Positions 44,609 through 54,956 of a DNA stretch of 64,000 nt are shown here, piece by piece (position 1 is the first letter of the stretch; the number at the start of each line of letters is the position of its first letter). Under the pieces are notes generated by a model. That model saw only the letters and a list, made by a program, of their open reading frames with translations. It did not search any database and had not been told where the DNA came from. The translations under genes were made by a program, and so were the position numbers. Location of the stretch: the NCBI GenBank assembly GCA_965216755.1, contig CBDCGL010000011.1:2816001-2880000 (forward strand), read 5' to 3'. This DNA comes from Alphaproteobacteria bacterium. Its GTDB lineage: Bacteria; Pseudomonadota; Alphaproteobacteria; UBA7887.

Positions 44609-45253
44609 CTATCGTGATTGCGCGACCAGAATTCCCTGTGTGCCGGCTGGGGGTGGCGGCGTAACGACGCATGGCGGCGGCCTCAAATCATCGCGACACA
44701 GGGCGATGGGCCAAGCATCCGTGACACCCGCCGCGGCAAGCTGCCGAGAAAACCATGTTTCGCGACCGCCGATCGGCCCCGCCACCAAACGCACCGGCGA
44801 CGAAGGCCCGTGATCGGTGACGGAAATCGCCGTCGGCAAGCCCAACAATGAACGGCCGATATGGTAGGCATCGGCCGGCGCCTCAAACGTTCCCACAACG
44901 AAATATTCATCAGTGGCGGTTGGGCCACCCGGCGCAGGCAGCGACCGCGCGGATGTCCGATAAATCCCAGATACCGCACTGCCCGAGGGATCGTCGGTGC
45001 GGGCCGCCCATGTCGCACTACTGAGGCCATAGGGATTGTATTGACAGATCGCTTCGTCCTCGAGATAGCGGTGGACTTCGCAATCCTGTCCGGACACCGC
45101 CGACAAAACGTGGTCCGACGGGCCTTTGCCGGTGGTGATGAGGGTGGCCGAGCTGATCGCGGCCTGGGTCACGGGCGCCACGCAGCCGCCCAGAAACAGG
45201 GCAGCCATTACCAATACCGCATGTAAGGTTTTATGCGCAGCGCCACCATCCAT
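44609..45253 (-). CDS. Putative lipoprotein, possible C-terminal SPOR-like domain
   Basis: Lipobox LGGC; TGKGPSDHVLSAVSGQDC segment; function unknown. Confidence 0.6.
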   Translation of the reverse strand: MDGGAAHKTLHAVLVMAALFLGGCVAPVTQAAISSATLITTGKGPSDHVLSAVSGQDCEVHRYLEDEAICQYNPYGLSSATWAARTDDPSGSAVSGIYRTSARSLPAPGGPTATDEYFVVGTFEAPADAYHIGRSLLGLPTAISVTDHGPSSPVRLVAGPIGGRETWFSRQLAAAGVTDAWPIALCRDDLRPPPCVVTPPPPAGTQGILVAQSR

Positions 45254-45355
45254 GGCGATCCATATAGAACGGGTCGCCCGAAATGGCGAGTGACCGGCGC
45301 CACGCCGCGTGGGCGTCGCGCTGTTACAATTTCGAGACTTAGAGCGTCAAAAGAC

Positions 45356-45760
45356 TTAGAGCGTCATATGGCGGGCGCGGGCGCCGCGTTCGATGCCGGC
45401 GGCCGCCAGCCGATCGACGTCCAGCGCATGGCGCAGCAATTCCAGCAAGCGCGCTTCCTCTTGGCCAACATGGCCATCCGCCGCGGCGACGTCACAGGCC
45501 ACGGCATAGGCGGTTTCGGCAAGCTTGGCCGGCAAGCCAGAAACGATGCGATCGAGCACTTGATCGAGCCCGTCGTCGGTCGCCAAAGCTTCCGCGCAGG
45601 CGACGACTTCGTCGCTAAATCGGTCCGAATCATAATCACCGAAAATCGGCAAAAAACGGATCAACTCGGCGATACGGGACATCTCGTTGTCGGTCATGTC
45701 GCCGTCCGCGGCCGACATAATCACCATGGTGTGAATCAAAGCGGAGTGATGATCGAGCAT
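45356..45760 (-). CDS. TerB family (tellurite-resistance-like) protein
   Basis: Two AADGxxxxxE motifs; AAGIERGARAR C-terminus. Confidence 0.85.
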   Translation of the reverse strand: MLDHHSALIHTMVIMSAADGDMTDNEMSRIAELIRFLPIFGDYDSDRFSDEVVACAEALATDDGLDQVLDRIVSGLPAKLAETAYAVACDVAAADGHVGQEEARLLELLRHALDVDRLAAAGIERGARARHMTL

Positions 45761-45850
45761 GTCATTCTCACTGCAAATCGTTGACGGCGGCGGGCGGCAT
45801 TTATGGCAGTTTCGGGCGCGCCGTCAACCGAGCAACTGGAAACGATGGGA

Positions 45851-48616
45851 TCAGGCGCGCGCCGCCATATGGTCGGCGACAAAGGTCCGGGTGATTTCGA
45901 CCGCTTCGGCGAGGCCGACCCGATGCGGGGCAACCCGATCCGGAAAGGCGCCGAACAGGCGTGTCGGGGTTGCCGGATCGAGCATCACAAAAACGCCAAA
46001 ATCATCGGCCCGACGCACAAGTCGGCCGAATGCCTGGCGTAGTTTGAATCGCACCAGCATGTCGTCATAGGCGCGGCCGCCCAAAGCCGCCCGACGGGCG
46101 CGGTGCAAGATATCGGGGCGCGGCCATGGCACGCGATCGAATACGATCAGGCGCAGCGCCTCGCCCGGCACGTCGACGCCGTCGCGCAATGCATCGGTGC
46201 CGAGCAGGCAGGTGCTGGGTTCGGCGCGAAAAACATCAACCAACGTGCCGGGATCCAAACCGTCGACATGTTGCGCCATGACCGTCAGGCCAGCGGCGTC
46301 GAGCGGCACTGCGATTCGCTCATAGGCCGCACGCAGGCGACGAATGGCCGTAAACAGGCCGAGCGCGCCGCCGTTCGCGGCACCGAACAAGACCCGATAC
46401 GCGGCGGCGACCTGGTCCGGATCGTTGCGATTGACATCCGTGACAACCATCACGCGTGTCGCCGCCGCATAGTCGAACGGCGATGGCAGCGCGGCGCGGA
46501 TTGCGGGGCGGGCCAAATGGCGCGTCCCCACGCGGATCTCGGCGGCGCGCCAATCGTGTTCCGGATCGCCGGTGCCGTCGCGCAGGGTCGCCGAGGTAAC
46601 CACCACGCCGTGGGCGTGACTGAGCACCGCTTCGGCAAACGGCACCGTCGGGTCGACCCAATGCCGGTGCAAGCCAACGTCGCGCTGACGACCGACGCGG
46701 TCGATGGAGAACCAGTCGCTGTACGCGTCATCCGGATCAGCATCCAGAGCCTTCAACATGTGCCGCCAGGGCTCGACCAAATGGACACGACGACGCCACA
46801 GTGACCGGGCGACGGCTTCGATGCGCACCCGGGTCGCGCTATCCAGATTGTCGGCTTCGTTGTCGAGCCGCGACAACAGCAGCGACTCAAGCTTGGCCAT
46901 TGGCGTGGCCAAACCGTTTAGACTTGAGGCCAGGCGTTGGGCGGCCGGGATCAGTCCGTCAATTGGCGGCCGGGTCTCTGTTTCGATCGCGTACGCGCCA
47001 TCGTCGTCGGCGCGCGCGCTGGCCTGTTGATGAACCGCGCACAGGAATGCTTCGGCCGTCCCACGCGGCTGGCGTTCGTTGACCCGCGACCACCAACCAT
47101 CTGCCGGCAATGCCCGCGCGGCGGACAGTACTTGCGCCAGCATATCGGCGGCGTCTTGATCGTCCAGCAATCCGTCGAGCCGGCGTTTCAGACCGCGCGC
47201 CCGCCCCCGGCGCCCCCCTTCCATACCCAAAAGCCAGCGCCGCAATTCATGCGCTTCAATACCGGTCAGATGCCCGGAGAACGCCGAATCGGCGGCGGCG
47301 AACACGTGATGGCCTTCATCGAATACATAGCGCGTCGGCTTGAAGGTTTCGTCATGGCCGGTCGCGGCATGAACCATCACCAGAGCATGATTGGCGATGA
47401 CGATATCGGCCTGGCGGGCGCGACGCACCGCCCGTTCGACGAAGCATTTGCGATAGTGCGGGCAGGCCGAATGGATGCATTCGCCGCGCTGATCGGCCAA
47501 ACCAAAGGTGCGCCGCCGACCCAACAGATCGACCAGCCAGGCGGGAAAGTCGCCGCCGACCATATCGCCGTCTTGCGTCGCGCCGACCCAACGGGCCATC
47601 AAGCCCAAGGCGATACCGTCGGGCTGGGCGCTGGTCGCCAGACGGCCAACCGCTTCCTCGAAATTCAGCAGACAGAGATAGTTCTCGCGCCCCTTGCGCA
47701 CCACCACCCGTCGCGCTTTTTCCGCCGGATCGGAAAACAAACGGTCCAATTCGCGATTGATTTGTCGTTGTAGATTCTTGGTATAGGTCGACAGCCACAC
47801 CGCGCCACCGTTTTTCTGCGCCCAAATACTGGCCGGCGCGATGTAGCCCAGGGTTTTGCCAACACCCGTGCCGGCTTCCGCCAACACCACATGCGGTTCC
47901 CCAGCTGCATCGGCGGGCGCAAAAGCGAAACTTACCGCAGACGCGTAGTCGGCCTGTTCCGGCCGCGGCTCGGCGTCGGCGCCCAGCAGGTCGGCCAACC
48001 GCCGGCGCGCCTCATCGGGGGAAACGTCAAAATGGCTGGGCGCGCTTTCCGGCGGTTGGTCAGTCCATTCGTCGAGACGCGCCCAAGGATCCAAACCGCC
48101 CTTATCCGCGGGCACGCCCAACGCCCGCAGGACAAGGCTGGCCCACGGCCAACCATGTTCAGCCAGGCGCGCGGCAACCGCCGCCGTTGCGGCCCGACTC
48201 GGATAGTGCGGCGTGGCCAGTTCACCGATCAGCGCCGCGGCGGCGGCACCCATAGCCTGGACCTGGTCCTCTAGAGTGACAGGCAAATTCAACCCCGTCG
48301 TCGCCGCCAGGCCGCGCACGGTCGGCAAACAAAAGGACGCCGGGCGAACAAACGCAAGTAACTCCAAAACGTCATAGGCGGGAAAGGGGTCGATTCCCAA
48401 GCGCCGTGCCAATGCGCTGCCGTGACATACGATCGGAGTCGCTTGCGCGATCCAGCCACGCGCCGCGCGCGGCGATATCAGTTGCAGCTCGCCATCGGGC
48501 GACAGGGTAGCCACGCCGCGCGGCCCGGCGACCACCAGCGGCGTGGCTGGCAGTGTCACCGAACGGTCAGACGGACAAGAACTCGAATTGGCGTCTTCCG
48601 GGGGGTCGGCATCCAT
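45851..48616 (-). CDS. DinG/YoaA family ATP-dependent DNA helicase
   Basis: EAGTGVGKT, KGRENYLC, Fe-S Cys cluster, DEGH, QAFGRLVR. Confidence 0.92.
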   Translation of the reverse strand: MDADPPEDANSSSCPSDRSVTLPATPLVVAGPRGVATLSPDGELQLISPRAARGWIAQATPIVCHGSALARRLGIDPFPAYDVLELLAFVRPASFCLPTVRGLAATTGLNLPVTLEDQVQAMGAAAAALIGELATPHYPSRAATAAVAARLAEHGWPWASLVLRALGVPADKGGLDPWARLDEWTDQPPESAPSHFDVSPDEARRRLADLLGADAEPRPEQADYASAVSFAFAPADAAGEPHVVLAEAGTGVGKTLGYIAPASIWAQKNGGAVWLSTYTKNLQRQINRELDRLFSDPAEKARRVVVRKGRENYLCLLNFEEAVGRLATSAQPDGIALGLMARWVGATQDGDMVGGDFPAWLVDLLGRRRTFGLADQRGECIHSACPHYRKCFVERAVRRARQADIVIANHALVMVHAATGHDETFKPTRYVFDEGHHVFAAADSAFSGHLTGIEAHELRRWLLGMEGGRRGRARGLKRRLDGLLDDQDAADMLAQVLSAARALPADGWWSRVNERQPRGTAEAFLCAVHQQASARADDDGAYAIETETRPPIDGLIPAAQRLASSLNGLATPMAKLESLLLSRLDNEADNLDSATRVRIEAVARSLWRRRVHLVEPWRHMLKALDADPDDAYSDWFSIDRVGRQRDVGLHRHWVDPTVPFAEAVLSHAHGVVVTSATLRDGTGDPEHDWRAAEIRVGTRHLARPAIRAALPSPFDYAAATRVMVVTDVNRNDPDQVAAAYRVLFGAANGGALGLFTAIRRLRAAYERIAVPLDAAGLTVMAQHVDGLDPGTLVDVFRAEPSTCLLGTDALRDGVDVPGEALRLIVFDRVPWPRPDILHRARRAALGGRAYDDMLVRFKLRQAFGRLVRRADDFGVFVMLDPATPTRLFGAFPDRVAPHRVGLAEAVEITRTFVADHMAARA

Positions 48617-48738
48617 GGCCGGAGTATAAGGGGCGGGCCGGCTCCAGACCACGTTCCATGGATTGACGCCGCCGCCGCCCGCACCTAGGGTCGCGGCGCA
48701 GACGATGTGGCGAGAAACACAGCGAGAGGCAAACCCAT

Positions 48739-50331
48739 ATGGCGGATTTGCGCGGCCTGGGCATGGACAGCAAGGCCTGGCCATTTGTCGAGGCACGGCG
48801 GATTCTGAACCATATCGGCGGCACGACGCCGGCGAAAGGTTATGTACTTTTTGAAACCGGCTATGGACCGTCGGGCCTACCCCACATCGGCACGTTCGGC
48901 GAAGTGGCGCGGACCACCATGGTGCGCCACGCCTTTCATACCTTGAGCGATATTCCGACCCATCTGATCGCGTTCTCCGACGACATGGATGGCCTGCGCA
49001 AGGTGCCAGACAACATACCCAACCAGGACCTTGTCGGCGCCCATTTGGGCAAGCCGCTGACCGCCATACCGGATCCGTTTGGCACCCACGACAGCTTCGG
49101 TGCGCACAACAATGCCCGCTTGCGCGCGTTCCTGGATGCGTTTGGCTTCGATTATGAGTTCAAAAGCGCGACCGACTGTTACAAATCGGGCGACTTCGAC
49201 GATACGCTGCGGGCGGTGTTGCAGCACTATGACGCGGTGACCAACGTCATCCTGCCGACGCTCGGACCCGAACGGCGCACCACCTATTCACCGTTTCTGC
49301 CGGTGAGCCCGGCAACCGGACAAGTGCTGCAAGTCCCGCTCATCGCGCGTGACCCGGACGCAGGCACGATCACCTTTGAGGACGTCGACGGACGCACGGT
49401 CGAAACACCGGTCACGGGCGGCCATTGTAAGCTGCAATGGAAAGCCGATTGGGCGATGCGCTGGGTGGCGTTGAACGTGGACTACGAGATGTCCGGCAAG
49501 GACCTGATCCCGTCCGTCGAATTGTCGAGCAAGATTTGTCGCGTGCTTGGCGGGCGGCCGCCCGAGAACCTGACCTATGAGCTGTTTCTCGACGAAACCG
49601 GTCAGAAGATTTCGAAATCCAAAGGCAATGGCCTGACCATCGACGAATGGCTGCGCTATGGCTCGCGCGAAAGCCTGTCGCTGTACATGTTTATGAGCCC
49701 GCGCAAAGCCAAACGGCTATATTTCGACGTGATCCCGCGCCATGTCGACGACTACCTCACGCATTTGGGCAAATATCCCGACCAGGACCCCGACGCCCAG
49801 TTGGCCAATCCAGTGTGGCATATCCACAGCGGCCAGCCGCCGGTGCAAGCGGTGCCGCTCAGCTTTAGTATCTTGCTGAACCTGGCCAGCGTCTGTAACA
49901 CCGAGGACAAGGCCGTGTTGTGGGGCTTCATCAGCCGCTATGCGCCAGACGCCACGCCGGCGACCAATCCCATGCTCGATGAATTGGTCGGCTATGCAAT
50001 CGCCTACTATCAAGATTTCGTCAAACCGACCAAGCACTATCGACCGCCGGCGGACGATGAACATGCGGCGCTGCGTGATCTGGCAAAGACTTTGACCGGC
50101 CTGCCGAAAGATGCCGACGCTGCAGCGATCCAAACCGAGGTGTACGAAGTCGGCAAACGCCACGGGTTCGCCGAATTGCGGCAATGGTTCAAGGCATTGT
50201 ATGAAATCCTGCTGGGACAAGACCAAGGCCCGCGCATGGGGTCGTTTATCGCCCTGTATGGCCGGGCGGAAACCGTTGCCTTGATCGATCGCGTACTCGC
50301 CGGAGAGGCCATCGGCGCGGAATCGGAATAG
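48739..50331 (+). CDS. lysS: Lysine--tRNA ligase, class I
   Basis: [10 protein letters not shown] (HIGH-like), [15 protein letters not shown]. Confidence 0.96.
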   Translation: MADLRGLGMDSKAWPFVEARRILNHIGGTTPAKGYVLFETGYGPSGLPHIGTFGEVARTTMVRHAFHTLSDIPTHLIAFSDDMDGLRKVPDNIPNQDLVGAHLGKPLTAIPDPFGTHDSFGAHNNARLRAFLDAFGFDYEFKSATDCYKSGDFDDTLRAVLQHYDAVTNVILPTLGPERRTTYSPFLPVSPATGQVLQVPLIARDPDAGTITFEDVDGRTVETPVTGGHCKLQWKADWAMRWVALNVDYEMSGKDLIPSVELSSKICRVLGGRPPENLTYELFLDETGQKISKSKGNGLTIDEWLRYGSRESLSLYMFMSPRKAKRLYFDVIPRHVDDYLTHLGKYPDQDPDAQLANPVWHIHSGQPPVQAVPLSFSILLNLASVCNTEDKAVLWGFISRYAPDATPATNPMLDELVGYAIAYYQDFVKPTKHYRPPADDEHAALRDLAKTLTGLPKDADAAAIQTEVYEVGKRHGFAELRQWFKALYEILLGQDQGPRMGSFIALYGRAETVALIDRVLAGEAIGAESE

Positions 50332-50348
50332 CCTCGGGCGGCGCCACA

Positions 50349-51287
50349 ATGGCATATGCCAACATGGACGGCGGCTCGGGCCGCGCCGGCATCGCCAAGA
50401 TATTGCGATGGAAACTGGGTTGGCACGGTGAACGTCGCGCGGTTTCGCCACGCCGCGGCGTGCCCGTGTCGGCCATCGACAATGACGGCGTCGCATTACG
50501 CCCGGCGACCCGTGATGCGTTGACCTGGATCGGCCACGCCACGTTTCTGGTGCAACTTGGCGGCCGCTCGATTTTGATCGATCCGGTGCTGTCGCCGTCG
50601 ATCGCCGGTTTTATCCCGCGCAATGTCGCGCCGGGTCTTGACTGGTCGGCCTTGCCCAAAATCGATGCGGTGTTGATCACCCACAATCATCGCGATCACA
50701 TGGACGCGGCGACCCTGCGCAAGCTTGGGCCAGGGCCAATTTATGTCGTGCCACGCGGGCTCGGTGGCTGGTTTGGCCGCGCCGGCCTGGACCGCGTGGT
50801 CGAGATGGCCTGGTGGCAGCAGGAGGCGATCGCCGGCTTGGAGGTGACCTTTGTGCCCGCCCAACATTGGAGCCGGCGCGGGGTGTTTGACACCAACACC
50901 AGCTGGTGGGGCGGCTATGTCATCGGCCATGACGGCCTTCGTGTTTATCACTCGGGCGATACCGGATGGTTCAGCGGTTTCGCCGAGATCGGCGGCCGGT
51001 GCGGGCCGATTGACGCCGCCATGCTGCCGATCGGTGCCTACGCACCGCGCTGGTTCATGCGCCCGCAACACATCGATCCCGAGGAAGCGGTCGCCGCGTT
51101 CGAAGCGCTGGGCGCGGCTCGCTTTGTCGCCATGCATTGGGGCACGTTCAAGCTCACCGACGAGGATCTTTCCGAGCCACCCCAATGGCTGCGCCACGTG
51201 TGGGCGCGCGAAAATCTGCCCGAAGGACCGCTAGCAATCCCCGCGATCGGCGAAACCATTTGGTTAAACCGGACGACAGGCAGGTAA
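50349..51287 (+). CDS. MBL-fold hydrolase (NAPE-PLD/RomA-like)
   Basis: TWIGHAT, THNHRDHMD, PAQHWSRR, SGDTG, MHWGTF. Confidence 0.9.
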   Translation: MAYANMDGGSGRAGIAKILRWKLGWHGERRAVSPRRGVPVSAIDNDGVALRPATRDALTWIGHATFLVQLGGRSILIDPVLSPSIAGFIPRNVAPGLDWSALPKIDAVLITHNHRDHMDAATLRKLGPGPIYVVPRGLGGWFGRAGLDRVVEMAWWQQEAIAGLEVTFVPAQHWSRRGVFDTNTSWWGGYVIGHDGLRVYHSGDTGWFSGFAEIGGRCGPIDAAMLPIGAYAPRWFMRPQHIDPEEAVAAFEALGAARFVAMHWGTFKLTDEDLSEPPQWLRHVWARENLPEGPLAIPAIGETIWLNRTTGR

Positions 51288-51374
51288 CCGACCACTATTC
51301 GTCCCGCTCGTCAAAAGGGTGCAAACCTTTCAAGATAGTTCCTGGCCATTCGCCACACGTTGAAGAGGGCCGCC

Positions 51375-52649
51375 ATGAATCATGTCGTTGTGCGCCTTGC
51401 GTTGCTGTTGACCCTGGGTTGGGCGACGGATGGTCCGGTCATGGCCCAGGAACCACGGATCGCCTTGGTGATCGGCAATTCGGGTTATGTCGCCATTCCG
51501 GCGCTCGCCAATCCGAAGAACGACGCCGCGTTGATCGGCGGCGCCTTGCGCGATGTCGGTTTTGACGTGGCCCTGATCACCGATGCCGACCGCGCCACCA
51601 TGGCGCGCGAGATCGCGGCGTTCGGCCGACGCTTGGAAAGTGCCGGACGTGGCGCCGTTGGTCTGTTTTATTTCGCCGGCCACGGGGTCGAAGCGGCCGG
51701 TATCAACTATCTTTTGCCGATCGGCGGCGCCATTCAAACCGAAGCCGACCTTTATGGCGAGGCCATCAGCGCCTCGTGGGTGCTCGGGCAGATGGAATAC
51801 GCCGCCAACGACCTGAACATCATCGTGTTGGACGCCTGCCGCAACAATCCGTTCAAGCGCTCATTCCGCGCCGTCAGCAATGGCTTGGCGCGCATGGACG
51901 CGCCGCGCGGCTCGTTGCTCGCCTATGCGGCCGCGCCGGGTCAGCTGGCCGAAGACGGTCTGGGAGCCAATTCAACCTATTCCTTGGCGCTGGCCAATGC
52001 GATCGCCACGCCGGGGTTGAAACTGGAGGATGTGTTCAAGCAGGTGCGGGTCAAGGTGGAAACGGTGACGCAGATCGGCCAGACACCCTGGGAAGAAAGC
52101 TCGTTGCGGGGCGATTTCTATTTCATCGCGCCAGAGGTCAATATCACGATCAACCCGACGCCACCGCCGGCCGGCCCCAGTGACGACGCGCTCTATTGGC
52201 AATCGATCAAGGATAGCGACGACCCGGCGCTTTACGCGCTTTATCTAGAGCAGTTCCCCGATGGCACATTCGCCGATTTGGCGCGCTACAAGCTCGACAA
52301 CCTCCGCCCCACGGCCGACGAAAAGGCCGCGCCGTCGCCACCGCGCGCAGGTCCCGTCACTGTTGCCCAGACCAGCCGCTATCTCGGCCAAGACGACGCA
52401 GGCGACGGCCGCTGGGCGTGGGAAATCCATCTAGAGGACACGGCCGCCAGTCTCGACCAGGTCCGAAACGTCACATATTACTTGCACCCGACCTTTCCCA
52501 ATCCGCGCCGGCAAGTCAGCGACCGCGCAAGCGGATTTCAGCTTGAAACCAGCGGTTGGGGCACGTTTATGGTCGAGTTGGATATTCAGTTTGCCGATGG
52601 GCGGGTTGAACGGCGCCATCACCAATTGGTATTCGACACCGAGCGGTAA
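51375..52649 (+). CDS. Exported caspase-like peptidase (C14) fused to a C-terminal prokaryotic YEATS-like domain
   Basis: Signal peptide; ALVIGN, AGHG and LDACR dyad; QTPW; C-terminal VTYYLHPTFPNP...GWGTF. Confidence 0.85.
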   Translation: MNHVVVRLALLLTLGWATDGPVMAQEPRIALVIGNSGYVAIPALANPKNDAALIGGALRDVGFDVALITDADRATMAREIAAFGRRLESAGRGAVGLFYFAGHGVEAAGINYLLPIGGAIQTEADLYGEAISASWVLGQMEYAANDLNIIVLDACRNNPFKRSFRAVSNGLARMDAPRGSLLAYAAAPGQLAEDGLGANSTYSLALANAIATPGLKLEDVFKQVRVKVETVTQIGQTPWEESSLRGDFYFIAPEVNITINPTPPPAGPSDDALYWQSIKDSDDPALYALYLEQFPDGTFADLARYKLDNLRPTADEKAAPSPPRAGPVTVAQTSRYLGQDDAGDGRWAWEIHLEDTAASLDQVRNVTYYLHPTFPNPRRQVSDRASGFQLETSGWGTFMVELDIQFADGRVERRHHQLVFDTER

Positions 52650-52661
52650 CCACGACCGGCG

Positions 52662-53219
52662 TCAGTAATCGCCTTTTTTGCCAACGCCGATGAAATTGAA
52701 CGTGCCGGTATAGACGATCGGGTCCCACCACGACGCAACGCCGGTCTCTTCATCGGTGTGGCGCATGAAATGTTCGCCCGCCGGCGGCCGGATCTCGAAC
52801 GACACCTCGTAGGTGCCGGGTCCGTCGAGCGCGACATTGACGCCGTAATGTGGCCCGTCGGACGCGACCATGGGATGCAGCATGCCCGATGTGGTCCAAT
52901 CGCTGCCCTCCCTGCGCAAGGCAAAGCCAATGGAAAGATAAGGAATCCAGTCGCCGGCTCCGAACCCGTTGGGGTTACCGTCGAGCGCGTGAATATCGGC
53001 TTCGAGATGAATATCGGTCGCGGTGGCGTCTTGGGCGGCCATCGCCGGTTCCATTTCCACCGGCTGCAAATAAATGCCGGCGATCTCCATGCCAGCGACC
53101 TCGACCGGGTCACCAGCCGGGAATTCGTCGGCGACGGCCGCGCCGCCAAAGGTGACCGCCGCGAGGGCGGCCGCCGGCCACCGGTTAAGCACCATCATCT
53201 TGCGCATTTTTGTTTTCAT
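52662..53219 (-). CDS. Periplasmic Fe/Cu-binding protein, P19/Tp34/FtrA family (start uncertain)
   Basis: YLQPVEMEP, IHLEADIH, PMVASDGPHYG, RHTDEETGV; signal peptide. Confidence 0.9.
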   Translation of the reverse strand: MKTKMRKMMVLNRWPAAALAAVTFGGAAVADEFPAGDPVEVAGMEIAGIYLQPVEMEPAMAAQDATATDIHLEADIHALDGNPNGFGAGDWIPYLSIGFALRREGSDWTTSGMLHPMVASDGPHYGVNVALDGPGTYEVSFEIRPPAGEHFMRHTDEETGVASWWDPIVYTGTFNFIGVGKKGDY

Positions 53220-53269
53220 ACCATTCATAGCCGTGATTGCTAAATCGATAGCCGTGTAACCAAACATGC

Positions 53270-54730
53270 TCAGGTCGCCAGGATCGCCGGATACCAGGCT
53301 AGGCCTACCAAGAGGCTGCCCAGCACACCGGGCAGCAAAGGCATCCAGCGGCGATTCTTGGCCACGTCTTGACGGGCGAGCAGTTGGCTGGCGAGCCGCG
53401 CACTCCAGGCGCCGCTCAGCACCAGCAAGCCGACCTTGAGCGCGCGAATGGCATCATCGCCAAGGCCCAGCGCGGCGAGGCCAGAAAACAGGTCGCCACC
53501 GAGACCGAGCAGCAACGACACCATGGCGATGGGCAGAAACTGATAGCCGAGTTCAACAAAGCGTTGGCGCGCACCACCGCTGCCGCCGGCGCGACCCGAC
53601 AACCACGCGGCCAGTGCCGTGACACCGCCAAGCACGACAACCGCGGCGACCGTCCAGGCAAGCATATAACCGGTGATCAAGAAGAAATCGAACCAGCGAA
53701 ACACCTCGCGCGCCTCGGGATAGACCGCCATCAACCAAATCGGCCCAGCCTCACCGAGCCAGTACCAGCCGCGTTCGATGATCCAATTGCCGAGGGCCAT
53801 GCGCAGGCTTTGGTAGGACTCAAGAACCAGCCACATAAATCCGCCTAGGGCCGTGCCGGTGCCAATGAACAGAAACAGCACTTCCGCCAGATTGGCGTTG
53901 TGGTCGCGGACATTGGCGACCTCGGTGCCGGGCGCACGCAGTTTCAGATACAAACCGCCCTTGGCTTGCGGGCTTACGCAGCGGAAACATTCGATGCAGT
54001 GGCGCGACTCGGTCTTACGATCCAGGTCGATCATGGTCGGGCAGGCGGTGCGTTCAGTCCATGCATCGCCGCCAGACCGTGGCCGCTTCGGATGAAAATC
54101 GACGGCGCCGATGCGCGAGTACACACCGAGCAACAGGCCGATCGGGCACATGTGGCGACACCATGCACGCTTGCTGCGCCCGTAAAGCAAGCCAAGCCCC
54201 ACCGCGGCGACCAACACCGCGCCAAAGACAATGGCCATAGCCGGGGCGTGATCACGGGCCCCGGCGGTCTGTGCCCATATTGTGACGATAACGAAGCTGA
54301 CAATCGGCGTCCCCGGCCATTGCACCCAAGCCGGAATGGCGCGCCGCAAGCCGCGTGCGTTGGCCCACTCGGACGCCGCGCCCATGGGGCATAGCAGCCC
54401 ACACCAGCTGCGGCCGGTGACAATCACCGACAGAAACACCAACGGGAACCACACCGTCCACATGGCGACATTAGCGAACACAGCGATATGGTCCAGTGGG
54501 CCGTCGCCGCTGGCCGGCGTTTCAAACGCCAGCGGGACAAACAGCAGCCCCATAAACAGGGCGAACATGCCGATGTGGACCAGCGTCAGCCAATCCCGGT
54601 AGGCGACAAAGAACCTTTCGATCCGCGCCGCCAAGCCCGGCCACAAGCCATCCCGTCGAAGGGCCGTCGGCAAACGACCCACCTTCGCAACAGGCTGTAC
54701 AGCAATGGTTCTTGCGGCTTCCGCGGCCAC
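53270..54730 (-). CDS. Membrane polyferredoxin (4Fe-4S binding, FtrD-like)
   Basis: GRSWCGLLCPMG, RAWCRHMCPIG, CIECFRC; many TM helices; adjacent to the P19-like gene. Confidence 0.85.
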   Translation of the reverse strand: MAAEAARTIAVQPVAKVGRLPTALRRDGLWPGLAARIERFFVAYRDWLTLVHIGMFALFMGLLFVPLAFETPASGDGPLDHIAVFANVAMWTVWFPLVFLSVIVTGRSWCGLLCPMGAASEWANARGLRRAIPAWVQWPGTPIVSFVIVTIWAQTAGARDHAPAMAIVFGAVLVAAVGLGLLYGRSKRAWCRHMCPIGLLLGVYSRIGAVDFHPKRPRSGGDAWTERTACPTMIDLDRKTESRHCIECFRCVSPQAKGGLYLKLRAPGTEVANVRDHNANLAEVLFLFIGTGTALGGFMWLVLESYQSLRMALGNWIIERGWYWLGEAGPIWLMAVYPEAREVFRWFDFFLITGYMLAWTVAAVVVLGGVTALAAWLSGRAGGSGGARQRFVELGYQFLPIAMVSLLLGLGGDLFSGLAALGLGDDAIRALKVGLLVLSGAWSARLASQLLARQDVAKNRRWMPLLPGVLGSLLVGLAWYPAILAT

Positions 54731-54766
54731 CGACTTCGCTCCTCACCCGCCTTGTCGACGTGCTAC

Positions 54767-54781
54767 TGATAACCATTCGCA
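54767..54781. promoter_or_regulatory. Fur-type iron-responsive box upstream of the FtrD/FtrA-like genes
   Basis: TGATAAC-C-ATTCGCA, a 7-1-7 imperfect palindrome 37-51 nt upstream of the GTG start. Confidence 0.6.
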
Positions 54782-54956
54782 TCTTTTCTACGACTGAGTC
54801 AAGCATCCCTGCCATGACGCAGGTTAAGGCGAACCGGATGAAGTTCGCGTTTGGCGGCTCCGTTGGCGACCCGATTTCACCGCCAGATCATCAAATACAC
54901 ATGATCAAGTGGTCAAGAAACATAGGTGCGCAATATGTAGCGTATTTAGTAAACTG

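Noticed and set aside
48739-50331. Class I (archaeal-type) LysRS as a novelty
   Set aside because: Common in Alphaproteobacteria
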